A stretch of DNA of 64,000 nt, taken from the NCBI GenBank assembly GCA_040218735.1, contig JAVJQW010000042.1, forward strand, positions 64,001 through 128,000, read 5' to 3'. The stretch comes from Deltaproteobacteria bacterium (GTDB lineage Bacteria; Myxococcota; Kuafuiibacteriia; Kuafuiibacteriales; Kuafuiibacteriaceae). The translations under genes and the position numbers were made by a program. The notes below the pieces were generated by a model. The model ran no database searches and was not told the origin of the DNA. It worked only from the letters and a program-made list of their open reading frames with translations. Below, piece by piece: positions 56,934 to 64,000 of the stretch; position 1 is the first letter of the stretch, and each line of letters begins with the position of its first letter.

Positions 56934-58373
56934 TTATTGGATGAGGTTCACGACCCCCGCGACCTTCAAGCCGTCGAACGCCTTCGCGTCCCCGGCCAGC
57001 ACGAGGTCGACGTGCTCGGGGACGTACTTCTTGGCGACGCGCTCCACGTCTTCCGCGGTGATCGCGTCGATCGCCGCGTCGACGGCCTCGAACCACGCGG
57101 CGTCGCGTCCCGAGCAGAACGCCAGGCCGAGCTGGATGGTCGCGGCGTCGGGGTCCTGGAGCGAGTAGGTGCGCCGGTAGGCGGCCTTGGCGGCGCGGAG
57201 CTCTTCGGCGCCGACGCCCTCGGAGCGGACGCGTCGGACCTCCGCACGGATGAGCGTCGCGACGCTCGCGACTTCGTCGTTGTCCACCGCAGCGGCGAGC
57301 TCGACGTACCCGGCGTTCTTGTGTGGCGTGTACGTCGCGCCGGCGCTGTAGGTGAGACCGCGTTCGTGGCGCAAGCGAACCTGCGTACGGGAGGTGAGGG
57401 GGCCGCCGAGGATCTGAGCGAGGATGTGCACGGCGTGCATGTCGCCGTGTCCGAATGGCGGCGCGGTGAAGCCGGCCATCACGGTGGCGTCTTCTTCGTC
57501 CGCCGGCAGCAGGAACGTCACCGCGTCGTCGTGCTCACGCTGAACGAACCGCTGCGAGTCGCGGAGCGGTTCACCGGGGTCGTCGCTCCAGTCACCGAAG
57601 TGGCGTTCGACGAGCGCAAAGGCCGCCGTCGCCGTGATCGCTCCGTTCAGGACGACGGCGCTGTGGCGCGGGATGAAGACCGTGCGGTGGTACTTGCGGA
57701 TGTCCACGGGCGTGAGCTCCGAGGCGACCTCCTTCAGCGCCTTCGGTTCGAGCGCCCACGCGTGGGTCGCGCCGTACCAACGTTCGAACAGGAGCCGACG
57801 CATCCGCGTTCGCAGCGCGCTCTTCTGCCGTGGGAACGCGCGGACGACGCCCGAGCTCGCGTCGGCGAGGTGTGTCGCGCCCAACGCGGGGGTGCGCACC
57901 ATGCGTGCGATCATCGCGACGGCGGTGCTGAAACCGCGCTCGCCGACCGTCACCCCGGCGAAGGTCCCGTCCTCGAAGGCAAACGCGTACGGGCGGCGGC
58001 CCGCGATGCGGAGGTCTTCGATGATGGTGTCCTCGTCGATCGCCGTGCCCTCCAGGAGCGCGCTCGCCGTCATGGAGGCGAGGCCGATCGGGCGGTCTTC
58101 TGCGTCCTGAAACTCCTGGGCGGCGCGGTTGATGTAGCCGATCGACGTGAGCGGCACGCCGGGTTGCTCGACGACGAACACGGTGAGGCCGTTGTCGAGC
58201 TTCTGCTGAACGATCGGCGCCGGCTTCGGGCCGTCGATCTCCTCCAGCGGCGTCGGTCGTGTCGCGTACTTCGGTGCCTCGGCGGTTCGATTCAACGGGA
58301 GCGACGGCGGAGGGAGGCTCGCGCGGCACGCGGTGGCGAGTGTCGCGAAGGCGATGAGCGCGACGGCCCTCAT
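56934..58373 (-). CDS. M16 peptidase family, non-catalytic subunit (lipoprotein)
   Basis: LDNGLTV, GLASMTASALLEG (no HxxEH), LRHERGLTYS; ATAC lipobox. Confidence 0.85.
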   Translation of the reverse strand: MRAVALIAFATLATACRASLPPPSLPLNRTAEAPKYATRPTPLEEIDGPKPAPIVQQKLDNGLTVFVVEQPGVPLTSIGYINRAAQEFQDAEDRPIGLASMTASALLEGTAIDEDTIIEDLRIAGRRPYAFAFEDGTFAGVTVGERGFSTAVAMIARMVRTPALGATHLADASSGVVRAFPRQKSALRTRMRRLLFERWYGATHAWALEPKALKEVASELTPVDIRKYHRTVFIPRHSAVVLNGAITATAAFALVERHFGDWSDDPGEPLRDSQRFVQREHDDAVTFLLPADEEDATVMAGFTAPPFGHGDMHAVHILAQILGGPLTSRTQVRLRHERGLTYSAGATYTPHKNAGYVELAAAVDNDEVASVATLIRAEVRRVRSEGVGAEELRAAKAAYRRTYSLQDPDAATIQLGLAFCSGRDAAWFEAVDAAIDAITAEDVERVAKKYVPEHVDLVLAGDAKAFDGLKVAGVVNLIQ

Positions 58374-59725
58374 CGACGTTTGTCTCCCACCACGAAGCGG
58401 AAGTCGTCGAGCTCTTCGACGTCGATGCGGTTCGCCGATCGACCACGGCTCAGCTCCAACACCTCGTCGGCGACGAGCATCCGGTCGTAGCGGATCCAGT
58501 GCGCGAAGAGCTGGCGGACGTCTTCGACGGTCACGGACTTCATGCGTTCCTGGATCGCCAGGAGGTCCGGCGGCGGGTGCGCCCGGCTCGTCGCGAGGCG
58601 CTGCGCGCGGGTGTGGAGCGTTCGGTACTCGAGCAACCAGTCTGTCTGCGCCGAGACCGACATGGGGACGAGCTCGGCGCGGTCGGGGCCTGCCTCCCAC
58701 AGCTCGACGAGGACCCGTTGCACCGCGCGCTCGCGTTCGTCGAGCGACGGTCCGACGACATGACCGCCGAGGGTCAGCGCCATCACCAGGTGGTTGCCGC
58801 GGTCACCGAGGTCGAGGCGGAACCGCGTCCTGGTGTCGTTCGCGAGCTCGTTGCGGAGGCGGTGCTCCAAGACCGCGTGCGCGACGTACGCGATCGCGCG
58901 GTCCTCGGTGTCGTCACAGGGGAGGTGCCAGACGAGGTGGCGCAGGGGGAGCAACGAGAGCCACGAGCGTACGCGCACCCGGCCGCGTCCTCGGAACAAG
59001 ACGCGGTCGACGACGTCGCGCGGCACGGGCGCGGGCGGGCGGCCGATCGCTTCGAAGTAGTCGGCCACGAGGGTGCGCGCTCGTTCGGGATCGAAGTTGC
59101 CGGTGATGACGAGCGTCGCGTTGTCGGGGCGGTAGTAGCGCTGGAAGAACCACTGCACGTTGGCGAGGGTGATGCCGTCCGCCTCGTTGGCGAGGGAGTG
59201 GCCGCGCGCGTAGAGGTGGCCCGGCGGGTACTCGGCTTCGGCGATCAGCGCGTGCGCGTCGCTGTAGATCCAAGGCCCGTAGATCCGTTTGCGTTCGTCC
59301 TGTTCGCGGGCGACGACGGCGATCTCGCGCTCGACCTTCGCGGCGTCGAACGACTCCAGCGCGAACGCCATGCGCTCCGCTTCGATCCACAGCATCACCG
59401 GGAGCTCGCGCGCCGGTGCGGTCACGAAGTAGCGCGTGTGGTCGTGGAGGGTGTGGGCGTTGAAGTCACCGCCGAGCTCCGCGAGGGTCTTCGCCATCGC
59501 GAGGCCGGGGAGGTGTTTCGTCCCGGTGAAGGTCAGGTGCTCGACGAGGTGTGCGAGGTTCTCGTAGCCGTCCGGATCGTGCGCGCGCCCGACGTCGTAG
59601 CGGACGAGCACGGCGACGTCGGTGCTGAAGTCATCGGGGTGGAGGACGACGCGCAGACCGTTGCCGAGCTCGTAGGGGGGGAGGGGGGCCGCGAGCTGGA
59701 GCGCGAGGAGGCCGACCGCGAACAC
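58370..59725 (-). CDS. M16 (pitrilysin-like) zinc peptidase subunit
   Basis: LGNGLRVVL, HLVEH, FNAHT, EAERM, YYRPDNA; start approximate. Confidence 0.87.
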   Translation of the reverse strand: MFAVGLLALQLAAPLPPYELGNGLRVVLHPDDFSTDVAVLVRYDVGRAHDPDGYENLAHLVEHLTFTGTKHLPGLAMAKTLAELGGDFNAHTLHDHTRYFVTAPARELPVMLWIEAERMAFALESFDAAKVEREIAVVAREQDERKRIYGPWIYSDAHALIAEAEYPPGHLYARGHSLANEADGITLANVQWFFQRYYRPDNATLVITGNFDPERARTLVADYFEAIGRPPAPVPRDVVDRVLFRGRGRVRVRSWLSLLPLRHLVWHLPCDDTEDRAIAYVAHAVLEHRLRNELANDTRTRFRLDLGDRGNHLVMALTLGGHVVGPSLDERERAVQRVLVELWEAGPDRAELVPMSVSAQTDWLLEYRTLHTRAQRLATSRAHPPPDLLAIQERMKSVTVEDVRQLFAHWIRYDRMLVADEVLELSRGRSANRIDVEELDDFRFVVGDKRR

Positions 59726-59766
59726 ACTCCAGGGATACCGCGGAACGGGGTCGCGTTGAAGGCGGC

Positions 59767-61983
59767 TCAGTTCGCGGCGTAGAGCGCGCGGACTTCGCGG
59801 GGCGTGATCGATCGGGCGTAGAAGCGGACGTCGTCGATGAGACCTTCGTACAGGTCGACGTCCACGCGGCGCCCCACGCCTCCGCCGATGATCCACTCGC
59901 CGACCGCGACGTTGTGCTCGGAGTCGTCGGCGATCGCGTCGACGAGCACGCCGTCGTAGTAGATCTCGAAGGTGTCCGCCTCGTAGAAACCTTCGCTTCG
60001 ATCCACGAGCACGCCGACGATGTGGTGCCAGCCGGAGGTCACGTTGTTGGTGTCCTCGACGAGGCCGATGAACTGACCGTACGAGGTGCCGGTTCCGCCG
60101 ACGCCCTCGGGCGACACCCACAGCGCGTTCCAGGTGTCGAAGCTCGGGTCGTGGTCGAGCAAGCCCTGTTGCACGCCGGGCGTCAGGTTCTCGGGGCGAA
60201 TCCACAGCGACCACGCGGCGCCGCCGCGGTAGTGGCGGTCGAACACGTCACCGATGAGTCGGGAGGAACCGTCGAAGCGGAGCGCGCCGCCGGACACGCC
60301 GTGGCGATCCGTCGCGGGGGTGGCGCCTTCGTTGACGAAGTCTTCGCCGATCGCCGCCGTCGCGTCGCCGTCCATCGGGAGGTACGTCGCTGGGCGCACG
60401 TCGGTGGGGTCGTCGTCGAGGTCGTCGCGGACCCCGTCGCGGTCGGTGTCTTCGTGGTTCGGGTCGGTGCCGAGCATGCGCTCTTGGGCGTCGTCGAGGC
60501 CGTCGATGTCGATGTCGGCGGTGGCCGGGCTCGAGTAGACGCGGTCCTTCAGGTCGAGGATGACCGGGACGTCCCAGCCCACGCGCGCCTCTTCGAAGTC
60601 GTTCAGGCCGTCGCCGTCGGTGTCGACGGAGGTGTCCGACGCGCCGGCGAGGAACTCTTCACGAGCGAGCAGGCCGTCGCCGTCGTTGTCTTCGACGTAC
60701 ACGAGCTCGAGGACCGAGCCAGGGCGAAGCTGGAGCGTGTCGAGGTCCGCGGCGCTGACCTCGGGGTCGAACACGGTGCGTTCCGTGGACACGCCGTCGC
60801 CGGTCGTGAGGGCGACGATCCACCGACCGGCGTCGGTCGCGGAGACGTCGCGCACGGCGACCAGCGCGCCGCCGCGGATCTCGAAGGGGACGCGGACGAT
60901 GTCGTCGAGCGCGTCGCGGGCGGAGATCGAGCGACGCTCGAAGTCCGTGACCGCCGAGACGAAGTGCTCTTCGACCGGCCGGCCGCGACCGTTCGGTCCG
61001 GGGCCGAAGTCGACGGAGACACGCGCACACTTGGCGCCGATGGTCTCGAGCGGAGCGTTGAACGAGCGGCCCTCGATGTCGGAGGCGGCCCAAACGGCGG
61101 GTTCGAGGATGAGGTTGCGCGAGGACTCGAGGAGCGCGAGCGCGGTGTCGAGGTCGAGCTCGGCGCCGAAGATCAGCTGGTCGCTGGAGGTTCCGTTCGG
61201 ACCGATCTCGATCGTCGGGAAGCCGTTGTTGCTCTCGAAGTCGAGGTTGGTGATCGGCGTGAAGCGGCCCGGCTGGCGTGGGTCGGCGCGGAGCGCGGCG
61301 ATGACGAGGTCGTCGATGCGGACGCTCTGGTAGCCGCGGTTCACGATGCCGAGCGTGACGCGCAGCGCGCCGCCGGTTCGTTCGATGCCTTCCTCTCGCG
61401 CGTAGCTGTTCGACTCGGTGAGGGCGCGCCGGTTCTCGCGCGTCTGCTCGTCGGTCCAACTCATCGACTGACTCATGCTCTCGGAGATCGAGCCACTCAC
61501 GCCGAAGCTGGGCGTGAGGCTGAGCGTCGCCTCCGTGGTGAGCGTCTCCTCGATCGCGTGGCTCTGCTCGCGCGTCTGGCTGGAGCTCACCGTGCGAGCC
61601 GACTCGTTCGTGCGCTCCACGCCGCGGGTCGTCGTGGTCCCTTCGCTCGTCGTGTAGTGGATGCGGATGTCGGGGAGCGCGGAGATCTCGAACGACAGCC
61701 GCGGCAGGTCCGCGATGCGCGGGTTGAAGCGGAAGTTGTTGCTCGCCGGATCGAAGTTGCGGTCGACGACCTCCTCGAAGTCCGTGAGCCCGTCGCCGTC
61801 GGTGTCGTCGGTGCGCGGGGAGGTGCCGAGCTCGGCTTCCTCGCAGTCGGGGAGCCCGTCGCCGTCGGCGTCCGGGGAGCGGCACGCGACCGTGACGCCG
61901 TCGATCGGGTCGCCGGTGGGCGCGAAGTTGGCGCCGCCGGAGCAGGCAGCGAGCGTGAGCAGGAGGGCGGCGTAGCGCTTCAT
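59767..61983 (-). CDS. Lipoprotein with binary-toxin-B/protective-antigen-like domains and a C-terminal LamG domain
   Basis: Lipobox LAAC; DxDGDGLxDxEE Ca-binding motifs, NPRIAD, Ser/Thr-rich hairpin region; WHHIVGV..IYYDG..GLIDDVRFY. Confidence 0.75.
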   Translation of the reverse strand: MKRYAALLLTLAACSGGANFAPTGDPIDGVTVACRSPDADGDGLPDCEEAELGTSPRTDDTDGDGLTDFEEVVDRNFDPASNNFRFNPRIADLPRLSFEISALPDIRIHYTTSEGTTTTRGVERTNESARTVSSSQTREQSHAIEETLTTEATLSLTPSFGVSGSISESMSQSMSWTDEQTRENRRALTESNSYAREEGIERTGGALRVTLGIVNRGYQSVRIDDLVIAALRADPRQPGRFTPITNLDFESNNGFPTIEIGPNGTSSDQLIFGAELDLDTALALLESSRNLILEPAVWAASDIEGRSFNAPLETIGAKCARVSVDFGPGPNGRGRPVEEHFVSAVTDFERRSISARDALDDIVRVPFEIRGGALVAVRDVSATDAGRWIVALTTGDGVSTERTVFDPEVSAADLDTLQLRPGSVLELVYVEDNDGDGLLAREEFLAGASDTSVDTDGDGLNDFEEARVGWDVPVILDLKDRVYSSPATADIDIDGLDDAQERMLGTDPNHEDTDRDGVRDDLDDDPTDVRPATYLPMDGDATAAIGEDFVNEGATPATDRHGVSGGALRFDGSSRLIGDVFDRHYRGGAAWSLWIRPENLTPGVQQGLLDHDPSFDTWNALWVSPEGVGGTGTSYGQFIGLVEDTNNVTSGWHHIVGVLVDRSEGFYEADTFEIYYDGVLVDAIADDSEHNVAVGEWIIGGGVGRRVDVDLYEGLIDDVRFYARSITPREVRALYAAN

Positions 61984-62148
61984 CACCCCCTGACGCCGAG
62001 CCCGGTCGCGGAAGTGATCATCGGGCGCGTCGAATTTCTTTGGGGATCCGTCGTGGGTGGCGTCGAACGGAGTCTGCATCGCAGCGGTCCCTACGCAGGG
62101 GTCTGCGCGGTGGGCCGGTCGCGCCGCGAATTTCCTTGGGTACCGGAC

Positions 62149-62934
62149 TCAGGGCGCGTACGTGAGCTCACACCGCTCCGGGGCGATCGACTGTACGTTG
62201 ATCGGCAGCGCCGTCGAGGAGGGGAGGCTCCGTCCGTCCGCGAGCCGATTCCCGCTGCGGCTGCGGTTCTTGTAGCAGCGGTCGACTGCGGCCGGTGTCA
62301 CCGCGCCGGTCATCGGGTCGATCGTGTAGAACGCCGGCTCTTCGCCCCACTCCTCGACGAGCACCTGCCCGTCCTCCGTCCAAACGAACGGGCCGTAGCG
62401 GAGTGTGCGCTCCGACGCGACGGTCGCGATGAGGGTGTCCGCGTCGTAGAAGTAGAAGTCCTGGATTTCGTGCAGGCCGTCGCCCGCGGTGCTCGTCGAG
62501 ACGACCTGTACGAGGAGATCACCGTCCTGTGAGGGCGCCCAGTACCCCCCCGACGCTCCGCTGTACTCCGTCAGCGGTTCGACGTTGCCGTCGAGGTCGA
62601 TGCGCATCGCGGGCCCGTCTCCGCCCTGAACGACCACGTACCCCTTCGACCGCACGTAGAACGCGCCGGCCGAGTACGCGGGTGACAGCTCCGCGAGCAG
62701 CTCGCCCTCGATGACCTGATCACCCACGACGTCCGCCAGGTAGACCTCTCGCGCGATGGCGACGTCCCGGTTGGGGCCCAGGCACGACGTCCCCGAGCAG
62801 TCCTCCTCGAGCTCGACGCGCACGTAGGCGGCCTTCGAAGTGTCGTCGTCCGCGAACACCGGGAAGAACTTCTCGTACGTCGTCGCGCCACAGGCGGTGA
62901 GGAGGAGGGAGGCGATCAATGGCGTCTTGTTCAT
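62149..62934 (-). CDS. Hypothetical lipoprotein (beta-propeller-like)
   Basis: MNKTPLIASLLLTAC lipobox. Confidence 0.75.
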   Translation of the reverse strand: MNKTPLIASLLLTACGATTYEKFFPVFADDDTSKAAYVRVELEEDCSGTSCLGPNRDVAIAREVYLADVVGDQVIEGELLAELSPAYSAGAFYVRSKGYVVVQGGDGPAMRIDLDGNVEPLTEYSGASGGYWAPSQDGDLLVQVVSTSTAGDGLHEIQDFYFYDADTLIATVASERTLRYGPFVWTEDGQVLVEEWGEEPAFYTIDPMTGAVTPAAVDRCYKNRSRSGNRLADGRSLPSSTALPINVQSIAPERCELTYAP

Positions 62935-63005
62935 GGGCGGACACGTTATCCGACCCGTGAGTTACTAAAAAACCTTCGGAGTCAGTATGATCGCCGCCAC
63001 GCGAC

Positions 63006-64000
63006 TCAGACGAAGTTCTTCTGCCACCACTTCTCGAGGAACAGCACCGACCAGATCTGCCCGGAGAGATCCGCGTGGCCGTGTTCGTCGAGCAGCGCTT
63101 GCACGGACTCTCGCCGCAGCGGCGCGTAGAACTCCCCCTTCGGGTGCCGGGCACGCAGGCTGTTCGCGAGGCCCTCGAGCCCCTGCTCGCCCTTCAGCCA
63201 GTACTCGAGTGGTACGCCGAACCCCATCTTCGGTCGGTCGATCAGCTCCTGCGGGACGCGCCGAGCGAGGTGTCGTTTGAGCGCAACCTTGCCTGCACCG
63301 TCGCCGAACCCTTCGCGTGCCGGCACCGACGCCGCCCACCCCACGAACTCGTGGTCGAGGAGCGGCACGCGCACCTCCAAGGAACAGGCCATGCTCGCGC
63401 GGTCGACCTTCGTGAGGATGTCCCCCGGGAGGTAGCTGTTGAGGTCCACCCACTGCGCGCGCAGCACGTCGTCCGCGCCAGGCGCGTTGTCGAAAAGCGC
63501 GGCGAGCGACCACGGCACTTCGCGGTCCAGCTCCGGCGTGCAGAGCTCGCGGATGCGCCGACGCGAGAACATGTTGAGCTCGTGCTCGTACTGTTCGTTC
63601 ATCGGCAGGCTCATCCGCTGCAAGCGAGCTTGCCCCCGCACCCCGCTCGGAATCGCGCGCGCGGCGAGCCCGGTCAGGCTCCGCGCAGGCCCCGGGAGCT
63701 CGTGGTACGCAGCGAGCTTCTGGTACCGCCGGTACCCACCGAAGACTTCGTCGCCACCGTCGCCCGACAGCGCCACGGTCACGTGGCGGCTCGCCATCTC
63801 ACACAGCTTGAACGTGGGGATCGCGGAGGAGTCCGAGAAGGGTTCGTCGTAGATGTCGACGAGGCGGTCCAACAGATCGAGCGCCTCGATTTGCATGACC
63901 TCGACGTTGCACGCCAACCCGAGTGACTCCGCGACACGCACCGCGTGCGGCGACTCGTCGTACTTGGGCTCCGGGAACCCGATCGTGAACGTGCTGGGCC
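63006..64000 (-). CDS. asnB: Asparagine synthase (glutamine-hydrolysing) family amidotransferase, 3' part
   Basis: DEPFSDSS, ALSGDGGDEVFGGY, KVDRASMA.SLEVRVPLLD, RPKMGF; 5' end outside the window. Confidence 0.9.
   Translation of the reverse strand, partial: PSTFTIGFPEPKYDESPHAVRVAESLGLACNVEVMQIEALDLLDRLVDIYDEPFSDSSAIPTFKLCEMASRHVTVALSGDGGDEVFGGYRRYQKLAAYHELPGPARSLTGLAARAIPSGVRGQARLQRMSLPMNEQYEHELNMFSRRRIRELCTPELDREVPWSLAALFDNAPGADDVLRAQWVDLNSYLPGDILTKVDRASMACSLEVRVPLLDHEFVGWAASVPAREGFGDGAGKVALKRHLARRVPQELIDRPKMGFGVPLEYWLKGEQGLEGLANSLRARHPKGEFYAPLRRESVQALLDEHGHADLSGQIWSVLFLEKWWQKNFV

Overview
High-GC (about 70% by eye) bacterial chromosomal segment, most likely from a myxobacterium (Myxococcota). 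This is inferred from its Ser/Thr kinases, FHA/sigma-54 activators, PEGA, CHAT and DAG/DGG-repeat lipoproteins. About 53 real CDSs can be supported; most other ORFs in the track are antisense or alternative-frame shadows. No rRNA, tRNA, CRISPR array or transposase was seen. Main blocks: (1) 1-8.5 kb, a sigma-54-controlled locus encoding a harpin/DUF1521-like protein, an AvrB-like (Fido-fold) protein, a Ser/Thr kinase and a sensor-less activator with two HTHs. Its two transcription units share a near-identical sigma-54 promoter and 20-bp-phased TGCGCCA arrays. (2) 9.4-16.5 kb, a PHA cluster with two class III PhaC, one PhaE-like protein, PhaR with its boxes, a phasin, FadD and a dehydrogenase-hydratase fusion. 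(3) 16.5-24.8 kb, a lipoprotein / ECF sigma / anti-sigma / subtilase / exported CHAT protease module with three copies of one promoter-like motif. (4) 30-37.6 kb, a Rieske oxygenase followed by a B12 radical SAM and glycan-modifying genes. (5) 40-45.7 kb, two more sigma-54 activators, a kinase-MshEN fusion, a GT2 and an ACP. (6) 49.7-52.6 kb, a lower-GC three-gene island with a DNA methyltransferase. (7) 52.6-64 kb, an Ntn acylase, an octaheme cytochrome, an M16 peptidase pair, a protective-antigen-like lipoprotein and a partial AsnB. All family assignments come from motif recognition by eye; no database search was run.
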